Positions 12,895 through 24,621 of a stretch of 64,000 bases of DNA are shown in pieces. Below the pieces are notes generated by a model, which was not told the origin of the DNA, made no database searches, and saw nothing but the letters and a program-made list of their open reading frames with translations. The position numbers were made by a program, and so were the translations under genes. The stretch lies in NCBI RefSeq assembly GCF_001194135.2, contig NC_068984.1, forward strand, positions 14,766,866-14,830,865, in the 5' to 3' direction. The DNA is from Octopus bimaculoides. Lineage: Eukaryota. Positions within the stretch are counted from its first letter, which is position 1. The number at the start of each line of letters is the position of its first letter.

Positions 12895-13399
12895 AGAATA
12901 CGATTTAGCTGCAGATTGACCTTATGTGCCTCGAGTCATTAATCGGATACCTTATCTCCTCAGCCGTTTCGTCTCCCCTTTGCAGTAATCACTAAAGTCG
13001 GTTCTGAGATACTATAGTGAGCCAAAAAATGTTTTAATTGCAATTACAGACGTAATGAACAGAAAATATCAGTGTTATTACTTCGATGATTCATTCTAGT
13101 CGAGAAAGGAAAGGAAGATAACCTTGAAATTTAAATCAAAATTAATTTAATATAGCATGCCAGCAATACAGTGAGCAATGATTCTGATGTATGACTATAA
13201 ATCAGTGTTTGAAACACACCCTCCCCCAAGTCAATAAATAAACATTAATGAATAAATGAGTATTTGTGGAATTGACTAATTCTTTGCTACGAATCACCGC
13301 CCTTGTACCAATATCAAACATTAATATATAGAGTTCTGTAGATAATTTCGAATTTTATTTCCTGAAACTTTTACGCCTTTCGATCCCCCACCTCACCCC

Positions 13400-13760
13400 C
13401 ACATATCTAAAATACTTCTGTTGTCTTCAGGATAATCCGGGCTTACATACTCATTGAGACCCCCACCGATTTTATACCATTCTTAGTTACCTCGGCATTC
13501 GTCACCTGCTCCGTTCTGTGCATCAGAAGTCACAACGATCCAGGAACCAACGTCATTGCCAACACCTTTCAACGTTATCCTCGTAATTCGAAGTCCCATA
13601 TATTACGCTGCTAGCTTATAACTCAGTGTATGATGCACCAGCTTAATCTGCTTTCTCACCGAGTCCACAGCTTTCAAAATATAGACCTAGAGTCTTCTAT
13701 GCTATGCACTACCCTCGATCGAAAGAGATGTCGCTCCATGCATGTCAGGGCTACCACAAA
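13400..13760 (-). mobile_element. Old RTE-like LINE fragment
   Basis: Decayed translation HRTEQVTNAEV...RQQKYFRYV resembles the RTE post-RT motif W.E.VTNAEVL..R.LKYFGHV. Confidence 0.4.
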
Positions 13761-14504
13761 TTGTTCACTTGAAGTCAAAAGAAAACGTATTCAGTCCTTG
13801 CTGGTACACAAATACGTGATCTCTCTTCTCTCTCGTTCTTAAATAAAAGCCCCTAATAGCGACTCGCCTTCCCTAATCACATGACTCTGCTAAGTACAGT
13901 TTTTTCACACCCAGGTAATTCATAGTCATCCTCTCTCTCTCTCTCTCTAACAGTTGTGGCGCTAACGAAAGGAAAACTGATATATCCATCTTTGACTCTC
14001 AACTGAGATTTCCTTTTCTTCATTTGTTAAAGCGTTCACGTACGCTTATTGTCGTTGCTAACAGCAACGTTCGAATTTTTCGAATTAATATTATTTGTAA
14101 TCATTGTTTTTCATGTGAAGTGTGTACGTCCTGTTGTGTGCGATTTAATTTGTTTCTCCTTGTTTTGGTTTCCCTGCTTCTACTGCTGCTGCGTTCATTC
14201 ACAGTGTTGTCTTTCCAGCAAGCAGCCATCTAAAGTTGAAAATGTACACAAAATATTTTGTTCAAAAATTTCCAAAACTAACAGACCGTTTATGCTTCCT
14301 TGTATGGAAAGACGTCTAAAGTATTCGTGACTGACTATCTGAAAGGGGTCGTCAACAAATGTTTTTCTTCGGGTGTTTGGCAGTTAATCCAGAATTCATG
14401 AAGCAAGCAGAAGCCCATCCAGATAAATAAAACCACAACAATGATAATACTAGTGGTATCAGCAACAACATTATTATTATTATTTGTAGTAGTCGTCCTT
14501 TCTA

Positions 14505-14693
14505 CAATAGGCACAAACCCTAAAATTTTAGAGAGGGGATGGGACTAACCGAATACATTGATTCCAGTACCTGACTGGTATTTGTTCTATCAACCCGAAA
14601 GGATGAAAGGCAAGGTCGACCTAAGCAGAATTTGAACTCAGAACGTAAAAAGGCGCAAGTTTTTTATCCGATGCGCTAACAATGCAGCCAGCT
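14505..14693 (-). mobile_element. Degenerate SINE family B (B2 tail)
   Basis: CCCGAAAGGATGAAAGGCAAGGTCGACC..GAATTTGAACTCAGAACG. Confidence 0.75.
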
Positions 14694-15077
14694 TCTAATA
14701 TAAATAACTGTTTCTGATGCTGGAGAAAGGTTAACTCTTCAGTGGAGGTGGATTAGCTGACACCATCGCCTTCCGTAAGTCACTGGTAACTTTATTTTAT
14801 CTAACCCGGAGGGGTTAAAGACAAAGTCTTCCTCAACGGGTACAAGGATACAATTTGAGAACAATTTAGGTACAAGACCTGGAATTTTTGAGGTGATGGG
14901 GTATTTGATTTCAAAGACGCAGCATTTGAGTCTTTCTTTATATTATCCACTCCAGAAAGATAAAAAGCAAAGTGGGTACCGGTGAGTATTGAACTCTGAT
15001 TGTAAAGCGGCACAACTAAATAGGGTAAAGCGTTTTGCCCACAGTTCTACTAATTCTGAAACTAAACTCCCTCTATT

Positions 15078-15231
15078 TCTCTCTCTCTCTCTCTTTCTCA
15101 CTGTCTCTCTGTTTCTCTCTCTGTCTCTCTCGTTCTCTCTCTCTCATTGTCTATCTGTTTCTCTCTCTTTCTCTCTTTCTCTCTCTCACTGTCTCTCTGT
15201 TTCTTTCTCTCTCTCACTCTCTCTCTCTCTC

Positions 15232-15262
<31 letters not shown>

Positions 15263-15288
15263 CCCTCACTTTCTTTCTCTCTCCCTCT
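15078..15288. repeat. (CT)n compound microsatellite
   Basis: Direct reading. Confidence 0.95.
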
Positions 15289-15980
15289 AAAAAATGATAC
15301 TTTTGATAAATCATTAGTTTCATTCCGTTACATGTCTGTCCACTCTGTCATCTTGTTTTTCCTACGAACTTACGACTGTTATAGAAAGGAACTTGGCTTC
15401 GATTTTTGTTTCGAATTCCTTATCTTCATCTATGTCGCCAAAGTGTTTGCAAAACCAAGAACATCACAACTATTTTCAGGTTTCGTACCTCTATACCAAA
15501 TTCTTCATCTTTCAAAGAGTGAAGATGATCGAAACGTTATAGAGTTAGATTAAATTCCAAAGAACTTCATGGCTCTAAATCTGGTACTTCGTTACACCGA
15601 GATGGAATCTTGTATAAATGGAAGAAGGGAATATATTGTCGCTGTCGCTGACGTCACTGATGATGTCATCATAATTATCATTTAGTCCCAATTCCAGCCC
15701 TGAACAGAAGATCTATTATCAGAGATAGTCTTACAGTAACCATACCATCTTGTTTTCAGACATTGTAAAGTCTAGGGTTGCATCGTCTAATGCGTCCATT
15801 ACTTTTTAACACGCTAAAGTGTGACTTGAGGGAGATATAAGTGCTATTTCTAATAAGGTTAGCGATCGTGTAAAGATTCCTTCATTGGCTCGAAGTTACT
15901 ATAGTATAGTGTGAAGGTGTGTACATATGTACTGTGTATATATTTATAGGTATGTATATGTCTTTGATTAACAACGGTAA

Positions 15981-16350
15981 GCGCAGGCATAGCAATGCGG
16001 TTGAGAAGCTCGTTTCGCAAACACGTTGATTCGAGTTCGATCCCATCGAACAGCATCTTTGACAAATGTTTTCGATAGCCCTAAGATGATCAATGCCTTG
16101 TGAGTGAATTTGATGGACAGAAACTGTATGGAAGCCTGTCGTATTTGTCTATGAGTGTGCCCATTTGTGCTTGTGCTTGTCTCCACCTCACAGCACGAAA
16201 ACCATTGTTTGTATGTTTACGTCTCCGTAAATTAGCGTTTCAACAAAAGCGACCGATGAACTAGTAAGTGCTGATGTTCATCTGTTTGACTTAACACCAC
16301 AAGGGAATGCTCCAGTACGACCAAAGTCTAATGACTAAAAGAAGCAAAAG
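15981..16350 (+). mobile_element. Degenerate SINE family A
   Basis: GCGCAGGCATAGC head, GAGTTCGATCCC, GCCTTGTGAGTGAATTTG..GAAACTG, and tail TGCTCCAGTA..AATGACTAAAAGAAG. Confidence 0.7.
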
Positions 16351-16717
16351 GTGACACGTTAATCTACACATAATGAAGTATGTTTAAAAACAATTATCAT
16401 TGAAGGATGTTTAGGGTAGAAAATCACAGAAAACGCTGAGGAACACGAGGTACGAAATGATAAAAACCAGGTAAGAATTTATTTGAATCATCCATTCATA
16501 TTCTTGTTCGATATCCACTGGAATATCTTTGATACAGCCTCTCAGTAAATGGTAAGTATCGTTAAATATTGTAACTTTTTGTTATAACTTTTAACAAATG
16601 TATCAAACGCGTCTCAATAAAGGACAACATTATTTAAACAAAACTACTTTCCTTGTATTTATTTATTTATTCATTTATTTATTTATATGTGCCTCTGTGT
16701 GTATGCTTGCTTATATA

Positions 16718-16959
16718 CAGTAGAACCTCGGTTTTCGAACAACTCTGATCACGAATAAATCATGCTTTATATATATATATATATATCAATATATTACGGA
16801 GATGTACTTGCATAGCAAGTGACATGATCTGAGATCGTGTGCTGAAACAAAAACTATTGCAGCACTGCAATTGTTTATATCAATATAGATAGATAGATAG
16901 ATAGATATAAAGCACGATTTATTCGTGAACAGAGTTGTTCGAAAACCGAGGTACTACTG
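16718..16959. mobile_element. Tc1/mariner (pogo/Tigger-like) MITE
   Basis: 52-bp TIRs CAGTAGAACCTCGGTTTTCGAACAACTCTG... with 3 mismatches; TA on both sides (16716-17, 16960-61). Confidence 0.88.
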
Positions 16960-16963
16960 TATA

Positions 16964-17380
16964 CTCTTTTACTCGTTTACTCTTTTACTCTTTTACTTGT
17001 TTCAGTCATTTTGACTGCGGCCATGCTGGAGCACCGCCTTTAGTCGAGAAAATTGACCCCGGGACTTATTCTTTGTAAGCCTAGTACTTATTCTATCGGT
17101 CTCTTTTTTCCGAACCGCTAAGTTACGGGAACGTAAACACACCAGCATCGGTTGTCAAGCGGTGGTGGGGGGACAAACACAGACACACAAACACACATAC
17201 ATATATACACATATATACGACGGGCTTCTTTCAGTTTCCGTCTACCAAATCCACTCACAAGGTTTTGGTCGGCCCGAGGCTATAGTAGAAGACACTTGCC
17301 CAAGGTGCCACGCAGTGGGACTGAACCCAGAACCATGTGGTTAGTAAGCAAGCTACTTACCACACAGCCACTCCTGCGCC
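16964..17380 (-). mobile_element. SINE family A, complete gap-free copy
   Basis: Head GGCGCAGGAGTGGCTGTGTGGTAAG, GGTTCAGTCCC, CCTTGGGCAAGTGTCTT, internal (TA)/(TG) tract and tail GAAACAAGT(AAAAGAGT)n. Confidence 0.95.
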
Positions 17381-17392
17381 TATATATATACA

Positions 17393-17744
17393 CAAAAACA
17401 ATTGCAGCGTGGAAGGTGTTTGTAAGCCATTTAAGAACACACAAAAACCGTTCGTTTTACTTCAATATTTAAATTTAACTTGTGTCAAAATATTTTCGTA
17501 GCTTTGAAACCGCGACCTGTTCACTGACAAAACTTTATGATGCAGCACGAAGTTTTGAAGTTTTTGTCAGTGAACAGGTCGCGGTTTCAAAACGACGAAA
17601 ATATTTTGACACAAGTTGAATTTAAATGTTAAAGTTAAATTAACGGTGTTCTTAAATGGCTTACAAACGTCTTCCACGTTGCAATTGTTTTTGTTTCAGC
17701 ACACGATCTCAGATCAAGTTACTCGCTATGCAATTACATCTCCC

Positions 17745-17746
<2 letters not shown>
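17393..17746. mobile_element. Fold-back non-autonomous element in (TA)n (left terminus missing)
   Basis: Arms 17393-17534 and 17559-17693 are imperfect reverse complements. The terminal ~55 bp match the reverse complement of the sequence inside the MITE at ~16790-16865. Confidence 0.75.
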
Positions 17747-17778
<32 letters not shown>

Positions 17779-17991
17779 CATACATATATATGTGAAAGGG
17801 TGTTGAAACGTACCTTTAAGGGTATCTCGAAAGGCCCGGCTGGAGGCCTAACCTTCCAACTTCTTTTATAAGGCTTAGAAAACTAAAGGACTGCTGCAAT
17901 AAGTGTGTGCATCTGAGAGGGGAATAATCAACTGATCTTCCTGTATTCTCTTTTACCCGAAGCCAAGAACTTTTCAGCACCCTCCCTTGTG

Positions 17992-18032
<41 letters not shown>

Positions 18033-18049
18033 AAAAATTACTTTCAACT

Positions 18050-18235
18050 ATAGACACAAAGCCTGAAATTTTGAGAAAGGGGAACAGTCGATTAAGTCGA
18101 CCCCAGCGCTCGAATGAAACTTATTTTCTTGAAAGGAGAAAAAGGAAAGACGACCTCAGGAGAATTTGAACTAGGAGCGCAAAGACGGACGAAACACCGC
18201 TAATATTTTATCAATCGTGCTAACGGTTCTGCCAT
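18050..18235 (-). mobile_element. Degenerate SINE family B (B2 tail)
   Basis: AAGCCTGAAATTTT..AGTCGATTAAGTCGACCCCAG..GAATTTGAACT..ACCGCTAA. Confidence 0.65.
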
Positions 18236-18580
18236 CAATGGTTTGAATGGCCGAAACTTCGATATCACTGTCAATAGTATTTTGTTTAAAAATAATAAAT
18301 ATTATATAATATACGTTAATGTTAAAGTTCGTTTTTATGCCATTGATATAAAAAATCAAACTAAAGAATTACTCAAAACTTCTTGTAGAATACATACCAA
18401 TGTACATTCACAAGAAGAGTGACAGCGATTTCAAAGTTTCAGCCTGCTACCTGACGAAGGCGACCAAACTGAAACACACACACACTCACACACACATACA
18501 CACTCACACACATATACACACATACACATACACATATACACACATACACACACACACACACACACGCATACACATATATA

Positions 18581-19064
18581 TTCTTTTATTTGTTTCAGTC
18601 ATCTGACTCCGGCCATGCTGGAGCACCGCCTTTAGTCGAGCAAATCGGCCCCAGGACTTATTCTTTGTAAGCCTAGTACTTATTCTATCGGTCTCTTTTG
18701 CCGATCCACTAAGTTACATATAAATACGACGGGCTTCTTTCAGTTTCCTATTTCTTTATTGTCCACAAGGGGCTAAATATAGAGGGGACAAACAAGGACA
18801 AATGGATAAAGTCGATTACATCGACTCCAGTGCGTAACTGGTACTTAATGTATCGACCCCGAAAGGATGAAAGGCAAAGTTGACCTCGGCGCAGTTTGAA
18901 CTCAGAACGTAACGGCATACGAAATACCGCTAAGCATTTCACCCGACGCACTAACGTTTCTGCCAACTCGCCGCATTCTTTCAGTTTCCGTCTACCAAAT
19001 CCATTCACAAGGCTTTGGTCCGCTAGAGGCTATAGTAGGAGACACTTGCCCAAGGTGCCACGCA
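18581..19064 (-). mobile_element. SINE family A interrupted by a family B insertion
   Basis: Family A sequence resumes after the insert; TTCTTTCAGTTTCC is duplicated at 18735-18748 and 18976-18989. Confidence 0.88.
18749..18975 (-). mobile_element. SINE family B (B1) nested in family A
   Basis: Full head and tail bounded by the 14-bp TSD. Confidence 0.92.
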
Positions 19065-20313
19065 ATACAGCGAGAGGCAGAGTAAACAAATGAGCTTCAA
19101 ACTTGGAGTTTCGAAAGAAGCGGAAGAATTGAGTAGGGGATGAGTAGGATGAAGTGAAGCTGCGGTAAAGATGGAAGTCAATGGATTTTTATAAGACGGA
19201 GTTAAGGAGTTTGAGGAATGGAATGGCTGTAGCACTCATCATTTCTCAGTATTTCTTTCTGTTAACTAATAACAAAGACAATAAAATTGTAGGGAATGGG
19301 AAATAGGATATTATTATATATAAGCCTTTTCTAAAGATATTTGTGTTATAAAGTTAATGAGAAAGTTTTAAACAATGAATTCTGATTAACAAACAAAATA
19401 TTCGTGTAAAAATAGACGAAAAATAGCGACATAGCGAGATTGATATTTTCATTTTAACTTTTGTAGTTGTGTTGATAGGGCTTTTGTGAGGAAGGTTGTC
19501 TATGGTCAGAAAGTGAATTGAAGTTCTGAGAAAAAAACTTGAGAAATGGTGCTACCAGTGGAACCTTTCTCTCACCAAGAGTATTTATACAAAATCACTT
19601 CTGTACACATTCAAGGTGCAAGCACTGTCTGGATATATAAATGTCTTGCTTGTTCTCGAGAGGAAACATGTCTTAGAATGGTCTGTGCTGCGCAATTTAA
19701 ACCGGTACAATTCTTGAATTGATCTTTCTAGGCTGAGAATAAAATTTTGTCCAAATTCCAATGAATTATTCCTTTATATTGTAATACTTTCATGTCGTAT
19801 GAATAAATATATATTTTTTTGATGTTTAAACGAGTCCTGTCCCTCTTGCATTTACATCAGCTTAGAGTGTAATTGTTGCTGACACAAAGCTTTAGGTGAA
19901 GAGAAAAACATACTTCTGGATATTAAAAGAACTTTTAGAGGTTACAAGATAATTATTTTTCCGTGTCAGAGATTATATAATAGCTTCTTTCGAACGACTA
20001 CATAAGAACTTCAAAAATGAAAAAAATAGAAATGTATTAAAGAATGAAATCAAGATATAAATAACTAAAAGCATATGCAAAAATCATCTACTAAAATATT
20101 ATATTAACTTGTTTCAATGTAAAAAAAATAGAATATTGTTATCATTCACTCTTTCAAAAACTATTCTTATGATTTTATAGATATTGATTGAAAATATTCT
20201 TTCAGAATCACGCAATAAATATCTGACAGTTATAGCAAGCCGTAGTAGTATTTGTATCATACAGTGAACTTCTTAGAATAGATTTGTAAGTTTAATTATT
20301 GTGAAGAGTGAAG

Positions 20314-20351
20314 AATTTAACGTTTCAGGGCCTTTCCTTTCGTCAGAGATT
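20314..20351 (-). ncRNA. Minimal Penelope-type hammerhead-ribozyme-like motif
   Basis: Minus strand AATCT-CTGACGA-A-AGG(AAAGGC)CCT-GAAACGTT-AAATT: intact core, 3-bp stem II, palindromic AACGTT, and stem I with one mismatch. Confidence 0.5.
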
Positions 20352-23300
20352 GGGGAAGGAATAGAAAAGAAGAAACTAGTGTCATCAGTGTCATCGTTTT
20401 GACGTCAAGCCAGTAAATGTATTTAATATTATAATAACAAGATATGAGAATATCAATATTTTATATATTATAACTTTATAAATATCGTGAATGTTACACA
20501 ATCATCTGCTTAAAGAGATAATAAGGATAAGAAAAGATATATCCAGAAGATAACGGTATCAAAATAAATATATTTATAATATTATATTCACTCTATATAA
20601 TTAACATTTGAAATGAATTAATTTACCTTGTCATCTGAATAAGAAAACCGACAAATGTGATAGAAATCAAATTAAAAAAGATTATATTTTTTATGAATGT
20701 AATCGTCTGAACTGAAACAATTTGACCTCATTTTCATAAGTAAATCTTTATGATCATATTATTATAATGATCTTTATATGACCCCCCACCACCACCACCA
20801 CCATCTATGAATTTCAACATATACTTGCGTCGGTGAAAAATCACAGACACCACATAACACGTTCCATCATCAATGTCCTATGATCGTAGTAGTCGCGGCA
20901 GCACTATCCTCCATCAGAGTCTTGAAGGACGCTATCGGTTCATATTCCACTGAGTTCGTTCTCTTATCATGACTTGGTTAGCAAGTACGTCTGTTGGAAT
21001 AAGATTCAGTCTAGCTAGCAAGTCTTTTAAAGTAACATCAAGACTTATTTTCATTTCACCCTCGTAGCAAGAATACATATATTTCTATAATTAAAGATTT
21101 AGTATATTCTTTTATGGTCATACGACTCTCAGTCTGCATAAAGCATGATGATATCTTTATCCTGTATCCTAATTCAGCGTGAGAATAACAAATATCATAA
21201 ATTTTTAAAATGTTGGTGGATGTCTCAAATATCATAGCACTGTGCAATTCTTTGGCTATATTTGTTGTTTCTTTTGCGTTCTGATTCCCAATAGCGAGGT
21301 GGGATACAACATTGTCTTTCATCTTTCCAATGTCGATAAAGAGAATAAAGAGAATATCAGTCAAATTTTGGTGTCGGTTTTAAATAAATACAATCCAAAC
21401 ACTATGCTCGATTTAACCGACTGTAACATCAACCACCCATAGTATACAGTCTAGTGTCAATTCAGAAACGAACATTGATAGTATACTCAGACATGGAATA
21501 CCACACTTGGAGGGAAAGAGCATAGTCGTTTAATATTGACCCCAGTTTGTGAGTGACACTTTATTTTGTCGATCTCGAAAGAATGGAAGTAGAGTTGGCC
21601 TTGGTAGAATTTGAAATCAGCATGAAAAGGAATGTAACTAAATAGCACAAGGTTACATTTCAAAACTATTCAATCATACATCAATTACAATTAAAGAAGA
21701 ACAAAAACACTCTACCGGACGATACAACCAAGTAAGTGCAATCCACAACCATCGAAATTCAATTCATTACATCTCAAACACATCCCATTCGAAACCCGTT
21801 CAAATCCAAGAGAGTCCCTCGTCACCACAACATACTATTTAGAACTACAACAAAAATATATAAACAATTACATCTTCAATAAAACAACTCTTCCATTTAT
21901 TGATATAAAAAAATTATTGTTTAAATTAACTAATAATAATCTTCTATATTTATTGTTTATCGGAGAGATAATTCTGTAGTAGATATGAATAAAAACCTAA
22001 TAAAAGTTTTTTCCTTGTTTACTTAATTTATCATAGGGAGAATTCCGTAATAGACTTTAATATAGACTTAAGGCTGTAAATGCGATAACCAAAGTACGCT
22101 ATAGATATATATTTAGGCTATAGTAATTGGAAATCAAATTTACTAATTTTTTTTAGAGGTAACCAGATTTGAAGTTACTTAAATAATGATTGTTATTCGT
22201 ATATTATGGAAGGGAGGATTTGGTAAATCGATAGAAATCACTAATATAAACCAAACAAATAATAAGGATTGTTCTCCATGAACTAATCAATATTATTATT
22301 TACAAAATGAGGGATCATACATAGTGCATATCCAAACTCTATCAATACTTTCAGTAGTAACAAACAACATTGTTGCAATAAGAATACAATTTATAAACTC
22401 TACAATACTATGATAATTATTATTCTGATTATCAAATTTATTTAGTAAGTCAAATGAAACTACTTATTATTATCATCATTATTTTAATTATCATCAATTA
22501 ATTAATAAATTAAATAAGTGTATTTATACACATATTCATTTAGTATAATGAAGACATCTCATTTGTGATATGTAATTAATATTAAGTACTAATATAATGG
22601 TAAATTTAACAGTAACTACAAGAATGTTCACTAAAATGAAGCAATTCAGAATTGGTCCACTAATAACCAATTTTCGAAATTAAGTTGTGTAGATTAAGAT
22701 GACAAAACTCAAATATATACATATCTGCACACACATACATACACACACATACATACATACATNNNNNNNNNNNNNNNNNNNNNNNNNNNNNNNNNNNNNN
22801 NNNNNNNNNNNNNNNNNNNNNNNNNNNNNNNNNNNNNNNNNNNNNNNNNNNNNNNNNNNNNNNNNNNNNNNNNNNNNNNNNNNNNNNNNNNNNNNNNNNN
22901 NNNNNNNNNNNNNNNNNNNNNNNNNNNNNNNNNNNNNNNNNNNNNNNNNNNNNNNNNNNNNNNNNNNNNNNNNNNNNNNNNNNNNNNNNNNNNNNNNNNN
23001 NNNNNNNNNNNNNNNNNNNNNNNNNNNNNNNNNNNNNNNNNNNNNNNNNNNNNNNNNNNNNNNNNNNNNNNNNNNNATATATATATACATACATACATAC
23101 ATACATACATACATGATATGGTTGTTTACGCACCTTATTCATAGTTCCTGCTAAGAAAAGTAACGAGTTTCGTAGACAAGAGGTAAGTTCCTAGCGAACC
23201 AATGCGAAGACGACCAAGTGGACTCGATTCAGACGTGATACATATTCGCCTCCTTTCACTTAAACATCTAATGTTGTGAGAGAACGTATGAAATTACCTC

Positions 23301-23559
23301 TGCTAACGTACAAAGTAAGTCTCTAATGTTTGTGTTTTAATCCAACACAATTCGGTTGCAGTTCAAACCCTAATCCTCCTTTATTTAAAAGAAAATCCTC
23401 AAATATCACAACGTGTCATTTCCAATTATTCTAAATGGTTGTGGATTTCTAACAAATCCCCTTCCACATCTAGAATCACTTTTATATAATTAATCTACAG
23501 ACTCAGAGCGAAGCTTTATCTTTCTTTACATGCAAGGTCACAGCTATGGAGATGTTTCT

Positions 23560-23797
23560 TATTTCTGTATTGCCCACAAGGGGCTACACACAAAGGGGAC
23601 AAACAAGGACAGACAAACGGTTTAAGTCGATTATATCGACCCCAGTGCGTAACTGGTACTTATTTAATCGACCCCGAAAGGATGAAAGGCAAAGTTGACC
23701 TCGGCGGAATTTGATCTGAGAACGTAGCGGCAGACGAAATACCGCTAAGCATTTCGCCCAGCGTGCTAACGTTTCTGCCAGCTCGCCGCCTTTAGAG
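23560..23797 (-). mobile_element. SINE family B (B1), full length with TSD
   Basis: 18-bp TSD AGCTATGGAGATGTTTCT at 23542-23559 and 23798-23815. Confidence 0.95.
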
Positions 23798-24267
23798 AGC
23801 TATGGAGATGTTTCTGTGTATTAGCTCTCATCAGTTCATTGTAGCCTGATTAGGTTTGCTTTAATCAACTAACTGTAGCTTTTACATGCACAATGATAGA
23901 TTTTTGGTTGATTAAATGTAATTGTTTATGCCTTGTTCCTTGAGAGTCGTTAAATCTACTGTTAGCTTTTTGTTGTCTTTCTTCAACTTATTTCACGTTT
24001 CCCCCATCCACAAAACGCTCCGCTTTTTATCTGTTTTCATTCTCTAATCTTAGTACATCTGAAAATGTGTAACAGAAGCTTAGTTTCAAAGACTTAAAAC
24101 CACATGGGAGAAATATTCTTTTATGTCTTTCTCTGTGTAGATAGCGAACGGAAATAAGGATGTAATAAAAATTAATTAGATTAAATTACATTGATTAATT
24201 ATTTGAATAATTAAAGAAAGATAAGAAGAAAACTGGTGGAAAATAGCAGAGGTGTCAATATACAAGT

Positions 24268-24478
24268 CAGCAAGCTGGCAGAATTGTTAGGACGCTGAAC
24301 AAAATGCCTAGCGGTATTTCGTCCGGTATTTCTGAGTTCAAATTCTGCGTAAGTCGGCTTTACCTTTCATCCTTTCAGGGTTGATAAAATAAGTATCAGT
24401 TGAACACTGGAGTCGACGTAATTGATTTAACACCTCCTCCCGGACTTGCTGGCTTTGTGCCAACATTTGAAACCAATA
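24268..24478 (+). mobile_element. SINE family B (B2 tail), degenerate
   Basis: CAAGCTGGCAGAATTGTTAG..GAGTTCAAATTC..CCTTTCATCCTTTCAGGGTTGATAA. Confidence 0.8.
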
Positions 24479-24514
24479 TACGCAGTATTGTAAACGAGCG
24501 TGAAAATATCTAAC

Positions 24515-24621
24515 GATGACCGATTAGTGACCGATGGTATGGGGTCAATGCAAAAGAGCAAAAAAAAATTAATGGAAATTGAAAAATGATGACCGACTGG
24601 TGACCGATGGCGTGGTGTCAA
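24515..24621. repeat. Two 34-bp direct repeats, each containing TGACCGA twice
   Basis: 24515-24548 versus 24588-24621, 5 mismatches. Confidence 0.75.

Noticed and set aside
18451-18475. CTGACGA..GAAAC hammerhead-like core
   Set aside because: Stem II is only 2 bp and the downstream part is replaced by (CA)n, so there is no cleavage site or stem I.
21056-21442. Overlapping ORFs of 102 aa (-) and 66 aa (+) in non-repetitive DNA
   Set aside because: No recognisable domain and no convincing acceptor/donor pair; cannot be supported without a homology search.
21800-22650. Very AT-rich stretch with faint Penelope-like peptide hints
   Set aside because: Too decayed to assign by eye.
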